Source of the DNA: a virus
Lineage: Duplodnaviria; Caudoviricetes
IMG/VR virus record: IMGVR_UViG_3300017700_000797
Span: 1-48,387 of that record
Reading direction: 5' to 3' (one strand)
DNA: 48,387 nucleotides
Shown here: piece after piece, positions 27,165 through 36,391 of the stretch
Position numbering within the stretch: position 1 is the stretch's first letter
How the letters are laid out: the number at the start of each line of letters is the position of its first letter
Position numbers and translations under genes: made by a program
Notes under the pieces: model-generated
Database searches by the model: none
What the model was told of the DNA's origin: nothing
What the model saw: only the letters and a program-made list of their open reading frames with translations

Positions 27165-28199
27165 CTAGGCGATACCTTTCGGATTAGAAACGCTAGCGGG
27201 CGCGGTGTCCCGGCACAGTTGGTCGTAGGCGCGTAATTCCTCGTCAGTTACCATGCGAGAAAACGTTACCACTGCCTCGCGCTCGGAAGTGGCATTGCGT
27301 TTGATGGTGACCACTTCCGGCAGCGCCCGCAACTCGCTCGCCTCGGGCTTGCTGAAAGGCGGGCAGATCAAATGATCCTCGTCGTCGCGCGCCAGCACCT
27401 TTGCGTGGATCGCTGCGCGCTGCTCTGCGGTGGCCGCCTCGGGCTTGCTGGCTGGAGTGGCGCAGAGCTTGCAAGTTACCCGGCGCTTATGTCCGAAAAA
27501 CCGTTTCCCGCACGTTGAACAGTTGCACATGTAATTGCCGTTCTCGTGTTCGAAGTCCTCCGGCCAATCGCGTGCCAACTGTTGCTCCTGCTCGGCTTTC
27601 GCCTGTTGCGCTGCGGTGGCGGCGAATACTGGAACTGTAATGCCCCGCTCAGGTACAGGATCGTTGTACAGGCGCACGCTGTTTGGCATGCCGCCGTCTG
27701 CATATTCCTTCAGACATTTCAGCGCGTCTTGGCCGACGAAGCCCGCTGGCTGTATAGCTGCACCCTGCATCGCAGCAACGACCTTTTCCGGCGTTGTGCG
27801 CTGCGAGCCGAAGTCGCCAAGCATCTGGCCCATTGCTTCGCAGGTATGGCCGTCATGGTGCCCTGGATGGTTCTTGTGCGTCGGCTCGTCGTGCTCGGAT
27901 GGCTGGATACCTGCATGCTCGGTGGCGGCGAGGATCAACTCGAAGCGTCCGGCCAGTTCGGCGTTGACCTCGGCTTTCGCGTTGCTATCGTCCGTGTTCT
28001 TGGCGCGATGGCTGACTTCGTAGCGGCGGAAGGTGGCGACAGCTTCGGCCAGCGCCTCGCGCAGCACGCTCACTGCGGATTGATTGGGGGTGGTCATGGT
28101 GTGTCCATAGCTAAATTTGCGGTGACAGTGCTTGCACTGGGTGTCGTCAGGGTGGCGGCGCGATCCGCATTTGCCGCATACGCGGGGAATGGCGCTCAC
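27165..28199 (-). CDS. Mosaic hypothetical protein with Zn-ribbon segments
   Basis: CGKC/CKHC and RDWPEDF.HENGNYMCNCSTC...CKLC; internal SKPEA repeats. Confidence 0.6.
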   Translation of the reverse strand: MSAIPRVCGKCGSRRHPDDTQCKHCHRKFSYGHTMTTPNQSAVSVLREALAEAVATFRRYEVSHRAKNTDDSNAKAEVNAELAGRFELILAATEHAGIQPSEHDEPTHKNHPGHHDGHTCEAMGQMLGDFGSQRTTPEKVVAAMQGAAIQPAGFVGQDALKCLKEYADGGMPNSVRLYNDPVPERGITVPVFAATAAQQAKAEQEQQLARDWPEDFEHENGNYMCNCSTCGKRFFGHKRRVTCKLCATPASKPEAATAEQRAAIHAKVLARDDEDHLICPPFSKPEASELRALPEVVTIKRNATSEREAVVTFSRMVTDEELRAYDQLCRDTAPASVSNPKGIA

Positions 28200-29098
28200 T
28201 TGCTCGCCCCTTCCGCCTTGTCAGCCTGGCCGGTGATGTGGCGGGCGGCGTCGATGGCTTGTCGAACGTTGCGAGCCGGGCCGCTGGAAGCACAGCTACC
28301 GTCGTCCATGCCGAATGCCAGGAAAGTTGCGTTCATGCCTGCACTGACTGCGCCAAGCGTTATCGTGATGGCTCCGATATCGAGTTGCGACTCCAACCAG
28401 TTCAAGCGTGCCCGATCTTCCGCATCCGTCAGCACCTTGGCGCGGCTGTCCTCGCTACGGGGAAGGCTGTCAACGAAAGCAATGATTTCGTCTACTATCT
28501 TGTGGTACGAATCGTTGCCGTTAATAGCTTGTACCGCAGCCTGCCGCATCAATTCACGGAACTCCGGTGTGTCGATGCTCGCCCCCTGTCCGCTCACTGG
28601 CGCAGCCCGTTTATAGAGAGGTGTCATATCATGGCGACATTCTGGCTTGATGCAGTCAGCAAAAGCCAACATCTTTTCGTCGGTGGTGACGTAAGCATAC
28701 GGCTCAGCCGAAAGTGTCGGGCCGCTCACTGGCGCAGCAGCACGGGCTTGCCAGCCTTCCCAGCGAGCTTGGCACGCTTCGTAACGACTGCCTTCTGAAG
28801 CTAGGATGGAATTTGCTGGACGCAGAACATATTTCTTTTCATCGTCCGTCAGTGGGCGATTATGTGACTTCTCATGGAGCGAGACTTCGAAAGCCTCAAA
28901 CGCTGCCCGCTCGTCAGTCGGCGCGCTTACATCAGCGATAGGCTGTCCGTGCCCAAAGCGAATTACCCCGGCGGCATCATCCAGCTCTTGTTGATGCCTC
29001 GTCAGGTTCTGGCTGCGTGTCCGGCCTGTGCTATGCCCACGGCTGACAGCAAGAGCGTCGAGCCGACGCATGTGTTCTTCAGGTGTTTCGGTGGTCAT
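28196..29098 (-). CDS. Mosaic hypothetical protein (Ea/Ead-like accessory)
   Basis: DERAAFEA, AWEGWQARA-type and RLNWLE...RQAIDAA modules; AAPVSG linkers. Confidence 0.6.
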   Translation of the reverse strand: MTTETPEEHMRRLDALAVSRGHSTGRTRSQNLTRHQQELDDAAGVIRFGHGQPIADVSAPTDERAAFEAFEVSLHEKSHNRPLTDDEKKYVLRPANSILASEGSRYEACQARWEGWQARAAAPVSGPTLSAEPYAYVTTDEKMLAFADCIKPECRHDMTPLYKRAAPVSGQGASIDTPEFRELMRQAAVQAINGNDSYHKIVDEIIAFVDSLPRSEDSRAKVLTDAEDRARLNWLESQLDIGAITITLGAVSAGMNATFLAFGMDDGSCASSGPARNVRQAIDAARHITGQADKAEGASK

Positions 29099-29224
29099 TT
29101 CAGTCTCCAGGTAGGGCATTGCGAAAGGGAGTGGGGGCCGCTGCAGTGAGGGCAGACGACAGGCACAGGGCGACTGGGAGTGTATGGCCGCCAACTAGTC
29201 TTAGGGAACAGGTTTTGCATGACG

Positions 29225-29419
29225 TTACCTCGTGTTGTAAGAGGAACAAACGACACCAGTTTCTGGCAAGCCCAGCGCTGTGCCAATTTGCATAGCGGTT
29301 TGAAGGCACATCGGCTCTCCGAGCTTCAACGCACCTTCAATGGTGTTAGCGTAAACGACAGCTGAGTCGTAAGTGTCGTAGCCTGTGTGCTCCGGGTCTG
29401 TGAGTAGCCAGATGTTCAT
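29225..29419 (-). CDS. Hypothetical protein
   Basis: 64 aa, GYDTYDSAVV. Confidence 0.6.
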   Translation of the reverse strand: MNIWLLTDPEHTGYDTYDSAVVYANTIEGALKLGEPMCLQTAMQIGTALGLPETGVVCSSYNTR

Positions 29420-29532
29420 ACAGGCCTCGCTATCCAGAGAGCCGCGCCACCGCCAATGGTGATGATAACGTACAGCGCCTCTGAAGAACAGCAGAAATCA
29501 ATTACCTTGTCTGTCAATTTCTTAAACATAGC

Positions 29533-30030
29533 TCAGCCCTCCTCAACGTCAAACCCGGCATGTTCCGCGCAGTCTTCACAAATCTCCGCGACGGAGTCCT
29601 GGTACTTGCTCTCCCGCAGCAGCAGATCATCTTGCGGCTTGACACTGGCTACCCAGCGATCGGCCTTTGTCGTGCGGTGGGACTGCCTCTGGTAGTAGCC
29701 GAGGAATTGCGTGTGGAACTGTCCGCAGCCTGTGCATTGCTGCCGTGCAAACATCACTACCGCAGCTTGCGGCAGCCACTCGCGCTTCGCCTCCCACGAG
29801 CGGACATGGGCCTGGATGAAGGCAGTGTCAGCTGCTGGCATACCGCCTTTGCTCAGAGCGAAGCGGGAGGCTTTGACGGTTTCGTTGCGGACTTTGTCGG
29901 CCATGGATTCGGCCAAGAGAGCGTCGAGTGACATGTCGCCGACGGCTGTAAGAGCAAGGTCCGCGTTGAGGTCTTCCAGAAGGTCGAGCGGGGATTCTGG
30001 AATGCGGTAGTGGGAGGATGCTAAGGACAT
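29533..30030 (-). CDS. Hypothetical Zn-finger-like protein
   Basis: CTGCG...CEDC. Confidence 0.6.
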   Translation of the reverse strand: MSLASSHYRIPESPLDLLEDLNADLALTAVGDMSLDALLAESMADKVRNETVKASRFALSKGGMPAADTAFIQAHVRSWEAKREWLPQAAVVMFARQQCTGCGQFHTQFLGYYQRQSHRTTKADRWVASVKPQDDLLLRESKYQDSVAEICEDCAEHAGFDVEEG

Positions 30031-30074
30031 GAGGTGAGCCTCTTTGAAAGGAAGTTGGAAGTAGGAGCTGGGGA

Positions 30075-30473
30075 TTAGCCGAGATTGGTCAGGCGATTGA
30101 TGAGGCGCAGGATGACTGCGTCAGTCGTTGGGTCGACGCTGTTCTTGTCGCGGTATTCACCCAGGGCGGTGATCATGGCTTCTGGCGTAGCGACGGCTGT
30201 GTAGGCCATGCGAGTGACGAGGTCTTTGGCAGCGATGCAATTGGCACGGACAGTGATTAACTGAGCGTTCAGCGTGCTAATCTCTGCATCGTACCAGCTG
30301 GTGCGAGATTCCAGGTTATCGAGCGCCGTTACGAGGCCGGCCTTGGTGGCCTTGAGTTCGGCCTTGAGCGACTTGACTTGCGCGGTCAGCGAAGGGGCTG
30401 GTTTTTTCACTGCAGCTGGTTTCCGGGTTGGCGCTGTGATGCGAGCGGCTTCCAGCATATTTGCTACGGACAT
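30075..30473 (-). CDS. Hypothetical coiled-coil protein
   Basis: AAGGA RBS, start at 30473. Confidence 0.55.
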   Translation of the reverse strand: MSVANMLEAARITAPTRKPAAVKKPAPSLTAQVKSLKAELKATKAGLVTALDNLESRTSWYDAEISTLNAQLITVRANCIAAKDLVTRMAYTAVATPEAMITALGEYRDKNSVDPTTDAVILRLINRLTNLG

Positions 30474-30484
30474 GATACTTCCTT

Positions 30485-30874
30485 TCAGGATTGGGTGAAC
30501 ACGCCACCGAATTCGGCAGCAAGAATTTGGAACCACGCAGCTGCTTTTGCAACCGCCGCATCAGGCGAACTGGCCTGAGTAACGAAGGCGTGCTGCACTC
30601 GTGGGTGCTTGATGCTGTAGATATGATTGCCGAAGGCAGTGATTTCGACAGTGCCAAAGACACTCGGGCGTTCCCATACCCACTGCTTTCCTGTGGGGGT
30701 GAGTCGAGGCCAGGCCTTGTTTGAGGTCCAGTCATGGAACCGGAGCGACAGGGAGGACCAGTTAGTCAGGGCCATGAATGGGTGCGCGATGAGGTCATGG
30801 AGGAGCGCCCAGCCACGGGCTTCGTTGCTGTTGGCGCAAGCTGTGCGGGGATCGGTTTTCATTACAGCTGGCAA
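30485..30874 (-). CDS. Hypothetical protein
   Basis: LHDLIAHPFM...FHDWTS. Confidence 0.6.
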   Translation of the reverse strand: MPAVMKTDPRTACANSNEARGWALLHDLIAHPFMALTNWSSLSLRFHDWTSNKAWPRLTPTGKQWVWERPSVFGTVEITAFGNHIYSIKHPRVQHAFVTQASSPDAAVAKAAAWFQILAAEFGGVFTQS

Positions 30875-31191
30875 GGTACTTTGAGTTCGTCACAGAGCAT
30901 GCGCATCATCGCTTCCAGCTTCTGCACGCGGCGCTGCATAGCCACTTCCGCCGCGACTGGGGCTTCCGGCAGCTTCAGTTCAGTCGCCTCGAATGCCCCG
31001 ACAATGTTGTTTTTGGTCAGATGGAAGCCCAATTCAGCACAGGCATTGACCGTCAGTCCCTCGTAAGTGGTGGATGGCGTCAGCGCGCCAGCTTCGGCAA
31101 TCTTCTGCAACCAGCTGCAGAGGCGGAAGTTTTGGGCCTGCGTGAGGCGGTTAACGGTCTTAGGAGCGACGGGGGTGACTTGGGTGTTCAT
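30862..31191 (-). CDS. Hypothetical protein
   Basis: NRLTQAQNFRL; C-terminal coiled coil; start uncertain. Confidence 0.55.
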   Translation of the reverse strand: MNTQVTPVAPKTVNRLTQAQNFRLCSWLQKIAEAGALTPSTTYEGLTVNACAELGFHLTKNNIVGAFEATELKLPEAPVAAEVAMQRRVQKLEAMMRMLCDELKVPCQL

Positions 31192-31251
31192 AGCTGAGAG
31201 CCTCATGGTGAGCATGGCATGCACAATTGCAGTGCCAATAGGTCTATTCTA

Positions 31252-31263
31252 CGCGCGTATTAC
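31252..31263. repeat. Isolated half-site of the dispersed palindrome
   Basis: TTCTA-CGCGCGTATTAC followed by TCCGG, with no matching right arm at the usual spacing. Confidence 0.7.
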
Positions 31264-31315
31264 TCCGGCGTCTCTCAGTAACAGCAATTTTCTCACTCAG
31301 TAATTGGCAATTCCA

Positions 31316-31345
31316 CGCGCACATTACACCGGAGTAATGCGCGCG
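31316..31345. repeat. Dispersed palindrome copy 9
   Basis: CGCGCACATTAC-accgga-GTAATGCGCGCG. Confidence 0.95.
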
Positions 31346-31374
31346 TGAAACTCCCAACAAACTGCACAGGCAAC

Positions 31375-31408
31375 AAAAAGCCCCCGCAGCGACCGCCGAG
31401 AGGGCTTT
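31375..31408 (-). terminator. Intrinsic terminator
   Basis: Minus strand AAAGCCC...GGGCTTTTT. Confidence 0.6.
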
Positions 31409-31512
31409 AGGGCAGCTGGGGTGGAGGCTCAATTCACCTAGCTGCGACTGCTACCGGGATTCTCCCGGCGGGGACGCGTTCCCCATTCCGATGGTACTGT
31501 TGCTGCTGCCGA

Positions 31513-32178
31513 TTACTCGGCGGCGCCGGCTTCTGCCAGTTCGTCCTGGACTTCCGCTTCGCCGGCCGTTGCTGGCGACACGCCCAGACCGTTCAGCAGT
31601 GCATCGCTGTCGATCGGATTCGCCTTGACCTTGGTGCTGCGGGCTGCCTTTTCGGCTTCCAGGCGCTTGACGATCGGGTCGAGCTTCGGATTGCCGCGCA
31701 GGGCGATCTTCTGCGCATGGGTCTTGTTCGACAGGAACAGCATCACGTCGGCCTTGGACTTGCCGGTCATTTCGATCAGGGCTTTGCACAGGATCGAGGC
31801 GCCAGCCATACCATTCGTGTCGCGGGTCGCGTTCCACTCGCCCTGTTCCAGGCGAATCAGCAGCGCGTCGATGGCAACGACGCAATCTTCGACGTCAACC
31901 ACGCCTGCGATCTCGTCGCCCAGCTTCTGCTCGGCGCCGTGGGCAGCGAACTTGTGCAGCAGGGTGGCGACGATGTTGTAAGTGCGGGTTTCGCCGTTGA
32001 CGAAGTCAATGCGGACGACGACTTCGCCTGCGTTGGGTTCGTCAGCACCGGCGATGGTGTGCGACTTGATCATTTTGCGTTTGCCCGCGAATTCGACATC
32101 GCGGCCGTCATCCATGCGGACGGTGATGGAAGGGGTTTTGACTGCTACGGCTGCGGCGTTCGTGGTATCGGTGGACAT
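31513..32178 (-). CDS. Hypothetical protein, paralog of 36787-37485
   Basis: F.NGE, HG..QKL.D, WN..R, LR.NP, DSDALL shared with 36787-37485. Confidence 0.8.
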   Translation of the reverse strand: MSTDTTNAAAVAVKTPSITVRMDDGRDVEFAGKRKMIKSHTIAGADEPNAGEVVVRIDFVNGETRTYNIVATLLHKFAAHGAEQKLGDEIAGVVDVEDCVVAIDALLIRLEQGEWNATRDTNGMAGASILCKALIEMTGKSKADVMLFLSNKTHAQKIALRGNPKLDPIVKRLEAEKAARSTKVKANPIDSDALLNGLGVSPATAGEAEVQDELAEAGAAE

Positions 32179-32190
32179 GTGAGGCTCCTA

Positions 32191-32775
32191 TTAGGGGGTT
32201 GCGGGGTCGGTTGAGGTCGGAATCGGCTTTTTATCGTTGCCGGATTGTTGGTCCGGGATCGCGTTGCCGATGGAATGACTATAGCGCAAAGCAGAGGTAC
32301 TGGATTCCGAACTTTGCAGAAATGTGGCTAAGTTAATTGGGAGGATGAGTTCTACCCAGTAAATAGATTGCTCCTCGCTGCATTTGTAGGGCGTTAGGTT
32401 GCCCTCTTCGCTGTTCTGAGCAGGGTCGAACACGACTTGGAAAGCACCTTTACCCAAGACGGAATGGCAGATGTCCGGGAAGTTGTAAGATTGCCCGGTG
32501 AGGATATAGAGCGGGAGGGGCTGCAGCATCGCCTTGGTGTTGAGGCAGTAGGCATCGAAACAGAGCTCGACCAGCATCAGACCGCGCTTTGCGAGCCAGG
32601 CTTGTGCAGCATTGCGAGCAGCTGTCTTGTCTGCTGGGCCGTCCCAGGTGTCTCCGACGAAGTGAGGAACTTCCGTCGGCTTTAGCCCGAGCAGGTTCGC
32701 AATGCACGTGCGCCAGCAATCCCCTATGAGGCCTTCAGCTGGGGCGTGGCGGTGCAGCTGTTTGTAGTAGGTCAC
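32191..32775 (-). CDS. Hypothetical protein, possible papain-like Cys/His fold
   Basis: GDCWRTCIA...VPHF...HSVL...VFDP. Confidence 0.55.
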   Translation of the reverse strand: MTYYKQLHRHAPAEGLIGDCWRTCIANLLGLKPTEVPHFVGDTWDGPADKTAARNAAQAWLAKRGLMLVELCFDAYCLNTKAMLQPLPLYILTGQSYNFPDICHSVLGKGAFQVVFDPAQNSEEGNLTPYKCSEEQSIYWVELILPINLATFLQSSESSTSALRYSHSIGNAIPDQQSGNDKKPIPTSTDPATP

Positions 32776-32993
32776 TTTGGGGGCCCTTCACGAACAGTTT
32801 GGATCACTGCCCACACAATTACCCATGGCCAGAAAATTCCACCGACAACCAGATAGAAAAAGACCTTGCCAAAGCTTTCGTGTTCCTGCAGTAGTTCTTG
32901 CCGAGCCACTTCAGGTGTTGTGATCCATGCGTCTAACATATAGCCAGTGTACACCACTACGCCGGCAAGGTACACAGCAAGAAAGATGTTCAT
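32772..32993 (-). CDS. Small membrane protein
   Basis: Two hydrophobic segments, IFWPW. Confidence 0.6.
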   Translation of the reverse strand: MNIFLAVYLAGVVVYTGYMLDAWITTPEVARQELLQEHESFGKVFFYLVVGGIFWPWVIVWAVIQTVREGPPK

Positions 32994-33610
32994 GGTTGCT
33001 TCCCCTTCGGCAGTGGTCTGCCGTATTTGTTATCCGGTCCCAGGTACTCCCGATACGGCACTTTCTTCCCCTTAACCCGAAACCCCCACGTGCCCTGATA
33101 CTTCCACGTGATGAACAGCGTCCACACTCCGCCCTCGCTGACGCTGACGATGTTATGGAACATTCTGAGGTTGAGCTTGCAAGTGTCGCCGGGCAGACGC
33201 AAGTGGTGTTCCGTGTAGTCGCGGATATGGGCTTGGACTTGCTCTTCCCATGGCCAGCCTGTTATTTGCTCTTCCCAGCCTGCCAACCGCTCTTCCCGGT
33301 ATGACCCGCGCAGGATTACTGTGCGAGCTTCCCATGGATGGTCGTGCAGATGCGGATCGAGGTCTTGCCGCATGATGTGATGCAGGCGCACACTCGGAAA
33401 CCAGCGACGCCAGCCCTTGCGTGTGCCGCCTTTGCCGAAGCTGTAACGGTTGAGCAGCCAGAATCGGCGCATGTAGTAGGTGCCGTCAGGGTCCTGCAGG
33501 TGCGCGTAAGGGGATTCGCTGCTGTGGGTGATGAGCCAGTCCACCACGCGAGGGCGGCAGAGCTGACGCGCAAGCTGTTGCCACAGCCATTCCGTGAGCC
33601 GGGCGATCAT
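32990..33610 (-). CDS. Cupin-like phage protein
   Basis: RLHHIMRQD.DPHLHDHPW...GSYRE...FHNI...VWTLFIT. Confidence 0.7.
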   Translation of the reverse strand: MIARLTEWLWQQLARQLCRPRVVDWLITHSSESPYAHLQDPDGTYYMRRFWLLNRYSFGKGGTRKGWRRWFPSVRLHHIMRQDLDPHLHDHPWEARTVILRGSYREERLAGWEEQITGWPWEEQVQAHIRDYTEHHLRLPGDTCKLNLRMFHNIVSVSEGGVWTLFITWKYQGTWGFRVKGKKVPYREYLGPDNKYGRPLPKGKQP

Positions 33611-33786
33611 GCTGACTGCTCCAAGACGCAGCCGATGAGGCCACAAAGGCAGAGGCCGAGGCCGACGACAGCCCCTGTGGTAGCGATGAGTTGGCCGGTG
33701 GACTCTGCCGGGAGCATGAGTTCCAGGATCAAAAAGCCGACAGCGGTTAGGCCGCCGATTGCTATGAGGAGTTCAGATTCGGGCAT
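33607..33786 (-). CDS. Small two-TM membrane protein (59 aa, not in ORF track)
   Basis: AAGGAG RBS; MPESELLIAIGGLTAVGFLIL...; ATGA overlap with downstream gene. Confidence 0.55.
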   Translation of the reverse strand: MPESELLIAIGGLTAVGFLILELMLPAESTGQLIATTGAVVGLGLCLCGLIGCVLEQSA

Positions 33787-33827
33787 TGCGGTTTCTCCTT
33801 TAGGAAGTAACAGTTTGGAAATGGCAG

Positions 33828-34100
33828 TTAGAGGGTGTCAGCAGCAGCTTTCGCTTCCCGCTCTTGCTTGCGCAGCAGGCCACGACGGTCAAGTTCTCTG
33901 CGGCTGCGCTGGCGGGCGATGGCGTGTTCGATGGTCTGGCCCGGCTTCCACTCTGCGAGGGCGAAAGCAAGTTCCGTAGGGGTCGCAGTGGCGCGTGCCC
34001 ATGTGGAAGCGGCGAGGAAGGCCGAGCGGAAGAGCATGATGTCCTGCGGGGCGTAGGCTTGGCTGGTAGGGGCGGGGGCCGGAACAGTATCAGATGCCAT
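33828..34100 (-). CDS. Hypothetical protein
   Basis: MASDTVP...RRELDRRG. Confidence 0.5.
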   Translation of the reverse strand: MASDTVPAPAPTSQAYAPQDIMLFRSAFLAASTWARATATPTELAFALAEWKPGQTIEHAIARQRSRRELDRRGLLRKQEREAKAAADTL

Positions 34101-34641
34101 GATCACGCTGTAGCTGACGAATGGATTCCCGCAGGCCAATCAATGAATTGCCGTTTACGGTTAAAGCGGCTTCTGTGAGTTGCCAAGACTTCCGCACATT
34201 TCCCAATTCTTCCTTGATTCGGGCCAGTTCCTTTTGCGCCCCGGAAACGACTGTGTCCATGTGGGCGTTTTTGTCATTGGCGGCTTTGAGCTGTCCCATC
34301 AGCACGTCGATCTGCCTCTGTGCGTAGTCCAGCTTGCTCTGTTCCTTTTGCTGAGTCTCTTCCGCGTCCTTTGCTCGGTAGGCCTTGGCATAGTGACAAG
34401 CGCAGTTAGGAAGATAACTAGCACTGACACCAACTGTGCCCAGACATTCTTGCCATGTGGGGGTCGGTGTGGGCTGAGACATCTGAGCCATCTGTGCGGG
34501 CTTTTGAAGTGGAGCTGCCCTGTAAGCAGAGCCAAATATCTTCAGGTAGACTCCGCCGGACGCCAGTAACTGACCCGAATTGCACGGAGTCAGGGAATAG
34601 TGCCCGGGGGGTAATCCCCCCATTTCTAGTTCGAGTTTCAT
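34090..34641 (-). CDS. Hypothetical coiled-coil protein
   Basis: Start at MKLELEM; long heptad region. Confidence 0.5.
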   Translation of the reverse strand: MKLELEMGGLPPGHYSLTPCNSGQLLASGGVYLKIFGSAYRAAPLQKPAQMAQMSQPTPTPTWQECLGTVGVSASYLPNCACHYAKAYRAKDAEETQQKEQSKLDYAQRQIDVLMGQLKAANDKNAHMDTVVSGAQKELARIKEELGNVRKSWQLTEAALTVNGNSLIGLRESIRQLQRDHGI

Positions 34642-34673
34642 GTTAAGCCTTATAAGAAAAGTGGAAAGTGATG

Positions 34674-34880
34674 TCAGCCATGGCTCAGTGGCAGCCCGAG
34701 AGTCGTGCCTTCCGACAGGCCGCACAGGTAGAAAGTGCCGTTGAGAGTAAAGCCGAACATGCCAGCCGGGACTTCGCTCGGAGCTTCCATTGGCTGTGCC
34801 ATATAGCTGCCAGCTGGAAGGTCGAGCGGGAAGTTAGCCATCATTGCGGATGGGACGTCAGTTGCTGTTGCAGTAGTCAT
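34674..34880 (-). CDS. Hypothetical protein
   Basis: ~68 aa, GAGG RBS. Confidence 0.45.
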   Translation of the reverse strand: MTTATATDVPSAMMANFPLDLPAGSYMAQPMEAPSEVPAGMFGFTLNGTFYLCGLSEGTTLGLPLSHG

Positions 34881-34914
34881 AAGTAGCCTCATGGGGTCAG
34901 TTTGTCGAGTTATG

Positions 34915-34944
34915 CCCTCACGTTACAATGGAGTAATGTGCGCA
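34915..34944. repeat. Dispersed palindrome copy 10
   Basis: CCCTCACGTTAC-aatgga-GTAATGTGCGCA. Confidence 0.9.
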
Positions 34945-35454
34945 CAAAACCCATTATCCATGCCCCGGCTCAGTAGTCACGCCCTTTTGCCGCAGCTCCT
35001 ACCCACTAGCAATAGCAACGTGCACACGCCCGCACACGTAGGCACACGCCCGCGTCATCCACGCGTGTCATGCCCCCGCGTGTACAGTAGGTTTTAAAAA
35101 CAGCCCCCACCCCCAATTCCGGCCTCCGGTTTGGCTCCTAACTATTGGCCGGTATCAGGCGCGAGCGCAGCTGACGCGCACAACAAACCACAATTGGCTG
35201 CGGCGCGGGAGGGTGATTGCTCGGGCCACGGCACGGCGACACGGGGTGCATTTGGCCGTGGGGAGTTGTCCAGGGGGCGCGGCTGGGGGTGAGTTTTCGG
35301 GGCATGGAATAGAGGCCCGTGGCGGCGTTTGTGTGCTGGGGGTAGGCGAGGGTAGCCGGAGCCTCCCGTTCGTGCCGTGGCGGTGCCATTCCGGGCCGGG
35401 AAACCGATTCCGCGATCCGGCCAATCCCCCGATTCCGCTCCCCAGCCCGTTCCC

Positions 35455-35856
35455 CTAGTAATGGAACTGCAACCCCACTCTCCTATTATGCAAAATCACA
35501 GCCACCTGCAGCGCAATCACCCCGTACTGGAACCCGGAGCGCGGCCAGCCAGCCGGGAGCGCGCGGGCGGTGCCATAAGCGAGCACGGCGCTGGTTAGGA
35601 AGTAGGCACTGATACGGCGATCGGAGGGCTGGGGGCCGAGAATGGGGTTGTGTTCGTACAGGCCAGGGATGCGGGTTATGCTGCGGGTTTGGGCATAGTC
35701 CGCGTAGAGGGTGAGGGTTAGGGCGGTTTGCCGGGCAGTGTCGGCATCGGACCAATCCCGGCTGGTGCTGGCGCGGGGGAGGTCGGGGAGGAGCTGGGCG
35801 GTGGCGAGACATGGCCACAGCAAAAGCAGGGCGGCGAGGGTTTTTGAGGTGGCCAT
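35455..35856 (-). CDS. Exported/membrane protein with signal peptide
   Basis: LAALLLLWPCLATA signal; D..QT, EHNPILG; aromatic C-terminus. Confidence 0.65.
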   Translation of the reverse strand: MATSKTLAALLLLWPCLATAQLLPDLPRASTSRDWSDADTARQTALTLTLYADYAQTRSITRIPGLYEHNPILGPQPSDRRISAYFLTSAVLAYGTARALPAGWPRSGFQYGVIALQVAVILHNRRVGLQFHY

Positions 35857-35868
35857 GGCAGGGTTCCT

Positions 35869-36111
35869 TTAGGCGGGGCGTGAGAGTTTGGTCAGCAGAG
35901 TGTTCAGGGCATCCGCAACTTCCTTTTGTTCCGCGAGCATGACGACGAGGGACAAGAGGTTGACAACGATTTGCGCTTCCGGAGTGTCGCGGGTGAGCAT
36001 CTTGGCATAGTCATTGAGGAATGGTTCAGTGGAACCGGGAGCGAAGATTTCGATTTCGGCTGCAACGAAAGTAACAACACGGCGCAGCATTGGGGTTTCA
36101 CGAGTGGACAT
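35869..36111 (-). CDS. Hypothetical protein
   Basis: AAGGA RBS before ATG 36111. Confidence 0.55.
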   Translation of the reverse strand: MSTRETPMLRRVVTFVAAEIEIFAPGSTEPFLNDYAKMLTRDTPEAQIVVNLLSLVVMLAEQKEVADALNTLLTKLSRPA

Positions 36112-36139
36112 AGCGGGTTCCTTTAGAGGGTTGCGAGAG

Positions 36140-36155
36140 TGTTCCACGTGGAACA
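36140..36155. promoter_or_regulatory. parS: parS site 1 (canonical chromosomal type)
   Basis: TGTTCCACGTGGAACA, perfect palindrome. Confidence 0.9.
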
Positions 36156-36165
36156 CTGGCCCGCG

Positions 36166-36390
36166 TTAGCGTTTGCCGTTAGGCGTCGTCGGAGTGGCGA
36201 GATAGTACACTGCGGCTTCGATGCTCCAGCCACGTGCCCGGAGATAGCGCGCCGCTTTGTACGTGCCGAGAGTCCGACCGATATGGCGGGCGTGGGCAGG
36301 GACGGATTTGCCCTTGGCATTGTGCGTGCACAGGCCGTTAGGAGTCCATACGCCGGGCGCTAGGCCGTTGCTGTAGGGGATGCGGGGCAT
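36166..36390 (-). CDS. Hypothetical protein
   Basis: GTYKAARYLRARGWSIEAA; AAGGAG RBS. Confidence 0.6.
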   Translation of the reverse strand: MPRIPYSNGLAPGVWTPNGLCTHNAKGKSVPAHARHIGRTLGTYKAARYLRARGWSIEAAVYYLATPTTPNGKR

Positions 36391-36391
36391 G

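Noticed and set aside
36112-36363. ORFs starting MFHVEH on both strands
   Set aside because: These are translations of the parS palindrome; the real start of the minus-strand gene is ATG 36111 with an RBS
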